A DNA stretch of 64,000 nt, from assembly GCA_030390025.1 (NCBI GenBank), contig CM059432.1, positions 91,390,001 through 91,454,000 of the forward strand, in the 5' to 3' direction. Position numbers and translations under genes: made by a program. This document shows, piece after piece, positions 13,845-24,819 of this stretch (position 1 is its first letter; each line of letters opens with the position of its first letter). Below the pieces are notes generated by a model. That model was not told where the DNA came from. It made no database searches and saw only the letters and a program-made list of their open reading frames with translations. The DNA comes from Squalus acanthias (taxonomy: Eukaryota).

Positions 13845-14623
13845 TACTTAAGGAAAGACATCCTTGCTCTCGAGGCAGTGCAAAAAAGGTTCATTCGGTT
13901 AATCCCGGGGATGAGGGGGTGGTCATATGAGGAGAGGTTGGGTAGATTGGGACTCTACTCATTGGAGTTCAGAAGAATGAGAGGCGATCTTATTGAAACA
14001 TATAAGATTGTGAAGGGGTTGGATCGGGTGGATGCGGGGAGGATGTTCCCGATGACGGGTGAGACGAGAACTAGGGGACATAGTCTTAGAATAAGGGGCT
14101 GCTCTTTCAAAACTGAGATGAGGAGGAACTACTTCACTCAGAGGGTGGTAGGTCCATGGAATATGCTGCCACAAAAAGCTGTAGAAGCTACAACATTAAT
14201 TAAATTTAAAACAGAAATAGACAGTTTCCTAGAAGTAAAGGGCATTAAGGGTTACGGGGAGCGGGCAGGAATTTGGACATGAGTCTAGGTTCGGATCGGT
14301 CATGGCCCTGTGGGTAGTGGAGCGGGCCCAGGGACTGTGTAGCCTGATTCTGCTCCTATTTCGTGTGTGCAATTCTGTTAGATGCAGGAGATGGTTCTGT
14401 GATAGATAGTAGATTGGCGGTTAGGATCAGATCAGCCATGATCTTATTGAATGGCGGAGCAGGCTCGAGGGGCCGATTGGCCTACTCCTGCTCCTATTTC
14501 TTATGTTCTTATGTTCTTATGTTCTTATGTTCTTATGTTCTTATGTTCTTATGTTCTTATGTTCTTATGTTCTTATGTTCTTATGTTCTTATGTTCTTAT
14601 GTTCTTATGTTCTTATGTTCTTA
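13845..14623 (+). mobile_element. Young 5'-truncated CR1 with duplicated 3' UTR and (TTATGTTC)15 tail
   Basis: ORF 13878-14282 is the CR1 ORF2 C-terminus; the 8-mer tail runs 14501-14620. Confidence 0.92.
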
Positions 14624-15540
14624 AATGGCCGACTCCTTATCCTGAGACTATGACCCCTAGATCTAGACTGTCCAGCCAGGGGAAACAACCTCTCAGCATC
14701 TACCCCCTCTAAGAATTTTATACAGTTTAATGAGATCATTTCTCATTCTTCTAAACTCCAGAGAAAATAGTTCCATTCTATTCAATCTCTCCTCATAGGA
14801 CAGCCATCTCATCCGAGGAATCAATCTAGTGCACCTCTACATCAACTCCACTTTCTCGTCCTATCCCTTGATTCCCTTAATGCCCCAAAATCTATCGATC
14901 TCAGTCCTGAATAGTGAACCTTTGTTGCACCCCCTCCAAGGCAAGTATATCCTTCCTTAGGTAAGCAGACCACAACTGTATACAATACTCCAGGTGTGGT
15001 CTCAGCAAGACTTCCTTACTCTTATACTCCAGCCCTCTTGTAATAAAGGCTAACATACCATTTGCCTTCCTAATTGCTTGCTGTACCTGCATGTTAACTT
15101 TCTGTGATTTGTGCACAAGAACCCTCAAATCCCTTTGCTTATCAACATTTACTAGTCTCCCAACTTAAAAAAAAAAATTCTGCTTCTCCATTCTTCCCAT
15201 CAAAGTGGATAATTTCACACTTCCACACATTATACTCCATCTGAAACCTTCTTGCCCAGTCGCTTAACCGATCTATATCTCTTTGCAGTCTCATTGCGTC
15301 CTCCTCACAGCTTACTTACCCACCCCCCCCCCCCCAGCTTTGTAGCGTCAGCAAACTTGGATACACTACACTCTGTTCCCTCATCCAAGTCATTGATATA
15401 GATTGTAAATAGCTGAGGCCCAAGCACTGATCCTTGCGGCACTCCACTAGTTACACCCTACCATCCCAAAAATGACCCGTTTATTCCCAGTCTCTGTTTT
15501 CTCTGTCCGTTAACCAATCCTCAATCCATGCTAATATATT

Positions 15541-16629
15541 GGACGTGTTTGTTCGAAACACCAAAAGCTCTGATTGGTCCCCTTGGATGACAAGCCCTGA
15601 TTGTTGATTGGTCCTCCTGGAGGACAAGACACACCCAGCAGTTTCTCTGGAATGTGTAATTAGATCCTCCCTGCCTACGTAATCAGTTACATTGCAAAGT
15701 GTAATTCGGGCCATTCTGACTGCCGACTCCAGACAGAACGGAACTCACTTGGAACAGAGAGGGCTCACCCTCGTGGGTTAAGACCTTCTCCCACCCACAA
15801 ACAAGTTCCTGCCCCCACCACCCAAGTTCCTGACCTACTCGCCCCAAGTTTCTGGCATTCTCCCCCCCGCCCAAGTGCTTGACCTGACCCCCAACCCAGT
15901 CCAAGTTCCTGACCTCCCCCCGCCCAAGTTCCTGACCTTCTCCCCCTGTCCAAGTTCCTTTCCCCCCGGATTCATGACCTTCTCCCCCCAACAAGTTCCT
16001 GAATTCCGCGCCCCCCCCACCCCATAGATGGGGCACAGTGGGGGGGTCACGGATTGTTAACAGGTTAATTGGGTATGAAGTGAAGTGAGAGTCATCGTCC
16101 AGTCCAATGATGTCACTTGCCATACGCACCGAGCTTTCCAAGAAATCAACCAGGTTTACGGGGAGGAGGGGGAGGAGGGGGAGAACGTGGTGCGGGTGTA
16201 AAGGGGGTGGGGTTGGAAGAACGTGATTTGTCTTACCATCTGCATCACAGTCTCGCTCTCATTCCCCCCCCCCACCCCTTTAGACCTGGATCACGTTTTT
16301 CCTCCATCCCCACTTTGCTCTCCGTGCTCTTTACCCCCTCCCCGAGTTCATGACCTCCTCTCTCTTCCCCCCTCTGTCCCTCTCTCCCTCCTATTTTCTC
16401 TCTCCCCTCCTATTCTCTCTCCCCGATTCCCCCTCCCTGATTCCCCCCCGATTCCCTCTCCCCCTCTCTCCCTTTCTCAATCCGATTTCCCCTCTCTCCC
16501 CCTCTGCGTGGCCTTGGTGACAGCGCGCATGCGCAGAAGGAGATCGGGTGCTCATGCGCAAAAAGGGGCGGGCCCAACCATGCGCATACGCAGAAGGACA
16601 CAAAAATGTTCGTGCAGATAATCACTTTG
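15541..16629. mobile_element. Unclassified ~1.09-kb insertion
   Basis: Interrupts a CR1 RT sequence and is flanked by the direct repeat TAATATATT (15532-15540 and 16630-16638). Confidence 0.7.
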
Positions 16630-17409
16630 TAATATATTACCCCCAATCCCACGAGCCCTGATCTTGTGTAACAACCTCTTGTGTGGCACCTTATCGAATG
16701 CCTTCTGAAAATCCAAAGACACTACATTCACTGGTTTTCCCTTATCTACCCTGCTAGTTACTCCAAACAGATTTGTCAAACACGATTTCCCTTTCATAAA
16801 TCCGTGTTGACTCTGCCTAATCATAGTGATTTTCCAAGTGCCCTGTTACCACGTCCTTAACAATATAGATTTGAACACCTCTATTAAATCTCTTTAATTG
16901 CAAGCATTATTATGGTATGGACACAACCAGAGGCAAAGAAATGTAACTGGAGGAGGAATAGTCAGTTTCAGAAGGTCAAGTGCTCACAAGGAAGAAGCAC
17001 TGCTGCTGATTGGAAGTCACACAGGAGAAGCTGTGGGAGATAGGGACGTAGGTGAAGCATCACGAGGAGATTTGTAAAGGCAGGGCAAAGGAGAACACAG
17101 ATGGTTTCAACTTTATATGGAAAGTTAAAGGGGTAAAAATTCACTTGGTTGCGCCTCCCGTTAGCGCCTTAAGAGGGCGCTAATGGAGCGTTAAGCCGCT
17201 AACGCCCGGGCGCAGCGCTGTTTGCGCCGCTCGAGAACTTAACTTGAGATTGTGCGGCGGCGCTAAAACTTACCGCTGCGACCACCTGCGCGCGCAGATT
17301 GTGACGTCATTCCATGGTGCAACGCCCTTGGGGCGCCCCGGAGCGGAAATTGAGTGGCTCCCCCTGCCTTACCGCCTGGCGCTTCCAACGACCGGAAGAC
17401 TGGAACGTT

Positions 17410-17450
17410 CCAATCGGTGTGGGGCTGGGGGGGGCGCTATTTAAAGGGGG
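17410..17450 (+). promoter_or_regulatory. Candidate transposase promoter (CCAAT, GC-rich box, TATTTAAA)
   Basis: ccaat at 17410, a G-rich run, then tatttaaa at about 17438, roughly 270 bp upstream of the ATG. Confidence 0.45.
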
Positions 17451-17498
17451 CCTCTTCCTGTCTTTTTCTGTGGTCGATATTTATGCACCACTCGTTCT

Positions 17499-17526
17499 GA
17501 GAGAGAGAGAGAGAGAGAGAGAGATT

Positions 17527-17601
<75 letters not shown>
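17499..17601 (+). repeat. Interrupted (GA)n microsatellite in the transposase 5' region
   Basis: Three GA runs separated by the same TTCG interruption. Confidence 0.95.
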
Positions 17602-17605
<4 letters not shown>

Positions 17606-17705
17606 CTACATTGACTCAACGCTTTGTGAGGTAGTTTTGCCTATTCATCCTAACTTTGTTGCTACTTTAGTTGCTGTACCTCATTACTTTTCTGGCAAAG
17701 AGAAT

Positions 17706-18867
17706 ATGGGGGCTGCAATGATTGGGGGCGTCGTCCTGCTCCAGCTGAATCGGAGGATACAGAGACGCAGACAGAGAGTGGCAATGATGGCCAGACGGAG
17801 GAGGGCCATCAGGCGCATGTACAGGAGAGCTTACCCTCCCAGGGTATATCGTGAACAGCTCTCCTACATCCATATGTCCGAGGAGCTGTGTTTGCGGAGG
17901 CTGCGATTCAGCAAGGAGGTGGTCACTGAGCTCTGCCACCTGCTGCAGCCAGATCTGCAGCCTCAGCTGAGGTCCAGGACGTCTCTGTCGGTGGCAGTGA
18001 AGGTCACAGTGGCTTTGAACTTCTACGCCACTGGCTCATTCCAAGCTGCTGTTGGGGACCTCGCCAATATCTCCCAGTTTGCGGTGCATCGCTGCATCCG
18101 GCAGGTCACCAATGCCCTCTTCAGAAGGAGACGAGACTTCATCTCTTTCCCTATGACCCCAGACAAGCAGCGTGACCGTGCTCTGGGCTTTGCGAGGGTA
18201 GCGGGCTTCCCCATGGTGCAGGGCGCCATTGACTGCACGCATGTGGCTTTGCGTGCTCCGCGAGAGAATGCAGAGGAATTCAGGAACAGAAAGGGGTTCC
18301 ATTCCTTGAATGTGCAGTTGGTCTGTGACCACAGACAGGTGATACTCGCGGTCAATGCCCACTATCCGGGCAGCTGCCACGATGCTTTCATCCTGCGCCA
18401 GACTACTGTGGCAGAAGTTTGAGGCACCGCATCAGCCAGTTGGTTGGCTTCTGGGGGACAAGGGGTACGCATTGAGCACCTGGCTGATGACACCGCTCCG
18501 TACGCCAAACACCCCTGCTGAGCTGCGGTACAATGAAAGCCATCAAGCAACCAGGAACATTATTGAGCGCACAATCGGCGTGCTGAAACAACGGTTCCGC
18601 TGTCTGGACCATTCCGGAGGAGCCCTGCAGTACTCGCCTGAGCAAGTTTCGAACTTCGTAGTCGTGTGCTGCATGTTGCACAACATGGCAATCCTCAGGA
18701 CCCAGCCAATGCCACCAGGCCTTGTAGCACCACCAGAGGAGGAGGAGGAGGAAGAGGAGGAAGAGGACGAGGACGATGATCATCAGCAGCACCAAGGCAG
18801 GAGGGCGGCCCACAATGGTCAAACTGCAAGGGCCGTCCGTCAACGACTAATAGCAAGCCGCTTCTAG
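17706..18867 (+). CDS. Harbinger (HARBI1-like) DDE transposase, about 387 aa, one frameshift near 18418
   Basis: ORFs 17637-18422 and 18355-18867 join to give [56 protein letters not shown] and CCMLHN. Confidence 0.92.
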
Positions 18868-19161
18868 GGCCCCTGCCATTGCTACAAACACTAATCAACC
18901 CAGCACGCAACCCCTAAGCCGGCCAAGGCACCAATAATTCCAACCACCAGCCATGTATATTTTGAATACAGAAACTTATTTATTTTACAAACTCTGTGTG
19001 TGTCAATTCCTCATGACAAACTCATAGAAATAAACACAAAAAAACAGTCAATAACATAACTGGTTCTCACAACCTGGAGATAATGTCCAAAACACTAAAC
19101 AAAAGTTGGACCATGAACCTCGGCCTTTAATAAAAAAATGACCAGCATTTTGGCACACCTC

Positions 19162-20140
19162 CTACTTTTTGCCCTTCGAGGGTGATCTCCTTCCCTTGCG
19201 CACTTCCCCCCTTCTAACCCTACTGCTCCTCCGTAATGGGACCTCAGTGGCTGCAGCAAGGCTGGTGGAAGGCTGCTGCTCGTCAGACCCGGACACTGCA
19301 GATGCCCCTGAAGGACGGCCTCGACCACTTCTGGGCCTGGAGGGCCCGGCTGCAGACTGCACCAACTCTGCATGGGCGGCAGCAGTCTGTCCTACAGGCG
19401 GTGGCAAGTGCAGTGGAGAAGTGACAGTGTTGGCAGCAGGAATGCTGTCATCGTGAGAGAGGCCAGCAACTCCCTGCTCGCCCGACACACTGGCACTCCC
19501 ACGGGGCAGCACTTCAGCATCCGGAGCAATCTGCCGGAGAACGGATTGCTGGCCTGCTGCGGCGCGGTGACAGCCCCGGGGACATGTGCACGAACCATCG
19601 AGGTTGGCAGCAGTCTGTGCTCGCGTGGCCTCCATCTGAGTCTGTATGAGAGCAGTCAGAGGTGGGATCACGGCAGCCAGTGACTGAATTGCAGCACTAA
19701 GCGTTAGTGTGGCATCCGCCTGTGCTACAGCGAAGTGCTCCACACTCCTTGCCAGTGACTCAATGCATTCGGGCACCCTTCCCACTGCACCCATGAGCTC
19801 AGTGTGCATGCCCACCGCCTGGGTGTTCATTTCTGCAATCAGCCGCTCCTCCTCTGCGTCCATTGCAGTAGGAGTGTCTGGCATACTCTCCCTCTGGGGA
19901 GAAGGCCCCCTTCTTCCCTGCCCCCCCCATGGCGTTGCTGCAGCCCGCTGGGTCCTGGAGCTTCACCATCATCAGCCCCTTCCCCCCTGCTCCCCTCCGG
20001 GGAAGGCGTGTTCCCAGTGTGGGCATGGGCTTCCTCGGGAGAGGGTGGCACTGATGCTCTGGCTTCCTCTTCCTCCTCAGCTGCAGCATCACTCCCAGTG
20101 GCAGCTTCAGGGCCCGTCTCCTCAGCTGGTGAATCACCAT
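19162..20140 (-). CDS. Harbinger Myb/SANT-like protein, exon 3 (1-nt frameshift in a G8 run at 19921-19928)
   Basis: ctttcAG acceptor; acidic low-complexity region, then a helical segment (GMHTELMGAV..ESLARSVE) and a basic tail. Homologous to ORFs at 6098-6682 and 50802-51569. Confidence 0.8.
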
Positions 20141-20299
20141 CTGAAAGCAGGGAGGTACAAGAGTGGCTTTAGCGTGAGGACAGGGTGGCAGTAAGGGAGG
20201 AATAAGTGCAGCGAGTTAGCAAGTTGGATTGAAAGTGTCAAAGGCTGGTATTGTGAGGGACAAGTGGAAGGACAGAGGACAAAAAGGTGATGACCTTAC

Positions 20300-20462
20300 C
20301 ATTGCTGTCCACAACGGGGTCGGCGTCTCCAGTGGCGACGGGACCGATCACCCGGCTTGCCACAATCCTGTGGACGCGCTCCTCCAGATCGCTGAGGGGT
20401 TGCAGCTGAAGCCGCCCTCCACCCGTCCGTTGCTGCTGTCTCCGATTATGAGCCAGCTTAGC
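20300..20462 (-). CDS. Harbinger Myb/SANT-like protein, exon 2
   Basis: ttttcttgcAG acceptor, AKLAHNRRQQQRTGGG...LSDLEERV, GTAAGG donor (phase 1). The same exon is seen in the other copies. Confidence 0.85.
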
Positions 20463-20490
20463 CTGCAAGAAAAAGGACAGCATCTGAGTA

Positions 20491-21192
20491 AATATACAGC
20501 CATGGTCTTCCCTGATGTGCCTCCCATAGGTGAATAGCCCTTACAATATACAGCCATGGTCTTGCCTGATGTGCCTCCCATAGGTGAATAGCCCTTACAA
20601 TATACAGCCATGGTCTTGCCTGATGTGCCTCCCATAGGTGAATAGCCCTTACAATATACAGCCATGGTCTTGCCTGATGTGCCTCCCATAGGTGAATAGC
20701 CCTTACAATATACAGCCATGGTCTTGCCTGATGTGCCTCCCATAGGTGAATAGCCCTTACAATATACAGCCATGGTCTTGCCTGATGTGCCTCCCATAGG
20801 TGAATAGCCCTTACAATATACAGCCATGGTCTTGCCTGATGTGCCTCCCATAGGTGAATAGCCCTTACAATATACAGCCATGGTCTTGCCTGATGTGCCT
20901 CCCATAGGTGAATAGCCCTTACAATATACAGCCATGGTCTTGCCTGATGTGCCTCCCATAGGTGAATAGCCCTTACAATATACAGCCATGGTCTTGCCTG
21001 ATGTGCCTCCCATAGGTGAATAGCCCTTACAATATACAGCCATGGTCTTGCCTGATGTGCCTCCCATAGGTGAATAGCCCTTACAATATACAGCCATGGT
21101 CTTGCCTGATGTGCCTCCCATAGGTGAATAGCCCTTACAATATACAGCCATGGTCTTGCCTGATGTGCCTCCCATAGGTGAATAGCCCTTAC
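20491..21192. repeat. Tandem minisatellite, 13 x 54 bp
   Basis: Unit aatatacagccatggtcttgcctgatgtgcctcccataggtgaatagcccttac; 12 identical copies plus one with a single substitution; no spacers. Confidence 0.97.
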
Positions 21193-21340
21193 TGTATGCA
21201 AAGTGTGGAATGTGTGTGTGTGTTTGATGAAAGGGCCATAGGTGTTGGATGAGTGTTGTGCATTGGGGTTTTAAGACCCTCTGGCCATAGAGTGAGGTTG
21301 AGATGGAGGGATGGAGAGGTATTGAGAAAAAGCCACTCAC

Positions 21341-21577
21341 CCTGACGACCCGAGTGAGGTCGTTGAACTTTTTGCGGCATTGAGTATGGGTCCTGGGCAC
21401 CATGCTCCTGGAGGAGACGCTCTGAGCCACCTCCCTCCACACTCTTCTGAACTCGCGTGGCAAAGGCCTCCTGCCACTCTCAGGGAACAGCATACATCGT
21501 CTGCGCTCCACTGCGTCAACCAGAGCATCCAAGGCCCGCTCGGTGAAGCGATGAGCGCGTTCTCTCACCCTCTCCAT
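21341..21577 (-). CDS. Harbinger Myb/SANT-like DNA-binding protein, exon 1
   Basis: MERVRERAHRFTERALDALVDAV...WREVAQSVS...RTHTQCRKKFNDLTRVVR followed by a GTGAGT donor (phase 0). Confidence 0.9.
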
Positions 21578-22859
21578 GCTTGGCAGCAAAATGGATTACA
21601 GGTCTCTCCAGGCTGAGATTCAAGGCTGCAATGAGCAGGGTGTGGCTGGGGAGCAAGTGGCCCCCCCCGCTTTAAGAAGTGGCCGGCGCCAGTGTGTCTG
21701 TGTTCCCTCGCTAACTGGCAGCAGCTGCGCTGCGCTCGTGCGCTGAGTTAGCGCCTCACTCCTTGGCCTTTGCGCCTTGAGAGGTGTGCAGCGCCTGCTT
21801 TAGCGCTCCACTCACCTCCCGGGGCGGTAAAAGTGAAGTTTCCTGTCAGTGCCGATAATTAGCGCCAGGCGCTAATATTTGCGTCCGGACGATATTTGCG
21901 CCCCAAATGGGGCGCGACCTAATTTCTACCCCAAAGTATTTAAACGGGCATTGAGTCAGCCACTATTTTTTCCAAAGAGACATGTCGATGTTTACACAGA
22001 TAATGAAGCATTTGTTTAACATCCTAGGAGACGGCCTAGAGGAAGAGAAGAACCGGTCAGAGGAGTACCTGGGCATTTCAAGCTGCACAACTCCTGCCCT
22101 ATCCTCACCAATTCTGTCATGGAATCTTACATGCTCCTGCAGCACCCCAGAGACACCCACACAGGAGGAAGTAGTTAACAAGTATATTGGTAAGTATGGC
22201 GACCCGGAATAGGGTGGAAAAACACCCGCCCTAAGCTGAGGAGACTAAGGACCCAGATCTCAAAAGCCCAGTCTTCAAACGAACAATGATTTGGGAGCAG
22301 CAATTCCATGCCCAGTGCAATAGAAACAGTATTCATGCATATTATCAAGAAATCCACTACAAGCAGCTGCAGCACAATGCAGGAAGTTTGTTATGCCTTG
22401 CAGAATATCCGGTGAGTAGGACAGTTCAGGAGATTTCTGCATCTAAAAGATGCCAAGAGGAGCTACTAGGGACAGTGGTGCATTCGAGTGGCAGCTACCA
22501 CTGCTTCAGTAGGTGCATTAAGGGTCAGCCTTAATATGACAAATTCATAAGGCTTCCAGGACTTAACTGGAATTATTTGGTCTGTTCTCACATTGATCAG
22601 TAGCATCGCCGAACCTGTGTCCAGCACCAGTGGGCTGTAAAGAGCGGTAACGAGGTTGAACTTCCAGAGGTTCTCCCGATCGACCGCTGTAACTTTGGTG
22701 GAAGATCCACGGAAGCCCCAGAGAGATGGTGTAAATGCCTTCTGTGTTTTGTGCAAGACCGCTGCTTGGCTGCAAATTGGAAAACGGAGCCAACTGGCTG
22801 TTCTTAAAAGGGATGGTGCACCCAAATTAAAGAGTAGTAGAGGAGTAGTGGGTAAACAT

Positions 22860-24780
22860 GGAGGTGTAGCAAACATTTTCAAGGATGGTCATGGGGAAGA
22901 CTTCAGCTTTTAGTAATGATGCTTTGGACATCCTGTTGCAGCAGGTGCAGTGAAGGATGGTGACTCTTTTTGGAGTGGAAGGGCACCCACCTCTGCAATC
23001 AGAGGCCCAAGCTGCAGGGCAAGTGAATGCAGCTTCCAGGGTGTGACAGACATGGGACCAGATACAAAAGAAGTTCAAAGACATGAAAAGAAATGTCAAG
23101 GTAAATATAGGCACCTTTGCATACATCACTAATTACTTCAAGGCATACAATTGGTGTAACCATCCATTATCTGCACTCTTAGGAAGATCACCTGTCAAGC
23201 TAGAGCACAATATTGTTCCCTGTCGGCAACATATCTTCATTTTGCAAAATCTGCATGGGGACAAGTAGTTCCATCAACGGAACTCTTAACAGCTCAACCA
23301 GAAAAGTGTCAGGTTCAGAAAACCACTATGCAAACTCATGGAAATAGTCATAGCCAGGGCGGGACATAGTCAGGGAACAGGGATGCTGCTCTACGACTTG
23401 CTAATATCTTCAAAAATGTGCTCTGTTTACAGGTCAAAGCTGCCCACAACCACTAGGGGAAAACCAGGACTGGAGGTGAGCCACAATTACTAAGGTAGCT
23501 CACTGCATCTGAGGAAATGGCACTCACCTTATGTGTAAGGGAATCCGTAGTGGCCCTTGACAAGGGCAAGTTTGGAGTCATGGTGGCACCATCCAGCAAG
23601 TATCCTTCATATTGAGAGTCCATTTCAGAATCCTGGCAACAGGGCCAATACTTGCCAATTTCCTACCTGATTCACTCAATCTTACTTGTTTTAGACACCA
23701 CTGTTTGGGGGAATTGTAAAAAGATTCTGCTTCTTCTTTAGGTTCTGCCACAGATGAAAAAAAACAGCAAAACCAGTGACCCAGCCCCATAGCACTTCAC
23801 TTCATGGTGAATCAAACACTCCAACTTGCTCCAAGCTCCAACTCAAATATTGGCATCCTGGAGTCTTAAACTCACTAATTGAAGGGGTGCCAGGTGAAGC
23901 ACAAATCGCAAGTAAGCAGGAACAAGCAGAGGTGGCAGGAGAGAAAGAAGAAATGTATGGCCAATCTGCCATTTGCCAACAGCATGGGCAAGGAAATGGT
24001 TTCCTACAGGGCCTGCTTTCAAAGAAGTTAATTGCAGGAGCAAAAGCCATTTGCAACCTCATTTGAGTCTGCTTTGAGCAGCCTGCTGCAGTAGTCAGAA
24101 TATGCAGCAGTGCACCTCTGGCACAGCACAGTGCACCAGGAGGGATTTACTGACATGCAGAGGACCTTGGAATGAGTTACATTTTCACAGCCCTCTGTAA
24201 GTGAGGTCAAAAGCAGTGAGAGAACCAGCAGAGCACAGAGTTCTCACACAAATACTGTGATATATGCCATTGAGACCTTGGACATTCAGTTACATGGGGC
24301 CATCACTGCTCAATTTCATACATTGAGAGATCATTTGGAAAGAGCAGTGACGGCAAGCTTCATCTGCATCGGAGATACTCTAAAAACTACTCTCATGCAG
24401 ATTACCGGACATCAAACTGGGAGGCCCAGCACTGAGGGTGTGGCAAAAGGAGGGCCCAAGGGCATCAGCCTCCTCTTAAAGAGGTGCTACAAGTTCCTAC
24501 TAAAGCCATGCCTCTCAAGGGAAGGAGGAAGTGCCAGAGTGGGCAGGCACTATCATTGGATTTGGTCCACCTGTTGCAGGGATATCACATGACCGCGCAT
24601 CTAATGGTTCTAGGTCATGAACAGCTTAATGGTCAGCAGCATGCAGAGTAACCTACAAAACAGCTGCTTCTCCCACTCGGGGAGTGCTTTACTAGAATCT
24701 TAGGTTAAGAGTAGGGCAAGCACATTATATAGGGCCAAAGGGAAGCATGAGTGTAGAGATGGGAGCACTTAACGCTATTT
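22860..24780 (+). pseudogene. Old Harbinger Myb/SANT gene remnant (different subfamily)
   Basis: AFSNDALDILLQQV...TWDQIQKKFKDMKRNVK with a GT donor at 23101; next exon VKAAHN..RTGG after tttacAG near 23432. Confidence 0.7.
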
Positions 24781-24819
24781 AAATAGAACAAAATAAATTT
24801 ATCTTAGTTGTCCGGCCAC

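Larger units (their letters stand above)
13605..16865 (-). mobile_element. CR1 RT/3' region hosting two younger insertions
   Basis: SQHGFMKGKSCLTNL, LDFQKAFDKVPH, RPHLEYC and a taagaacataag tail. Confidence 0.85.
17130..21932 (+). mobile_element. Complete PIF/Harbinger DNA transposon (H1), 4803 bp
   Basis: TIRs GGGGTAAAAATT / AATTTCTACCCC, 3-bp TSD AAA on both sides, convergent transposase and Myb/SANT genes, GC-rich subterminal TTAGCGCC repeats. Confidence 0.95.

Noticed and set aside
14363..14712. ORFs with LCSYVLMF repeats
   Set aside because: Translation of the CR1 (TTATGTTC)n tail.
17314..17634. RE-repeat ORF and its antisense SL-repeat ORF
   Set aside because: Translation of the GA microsatellite.
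17706..18867. Host domesticated HARBI1 gene
   Set aside because: It has TIRs, a TSD, a partner Myb gene and several decayed relatives nearby, so it is a transposon copy.
20491..21192. CRISPR array
   Set aside because: Units are contiguous and essentially identical with no unique spacers, there are no cas genes, and the context is eukaryotic.
20458..21201. 247-aa repeat protein ORF
   Set aside because: By-product of a stop-free 54-bp unit; no independent coding evidence.
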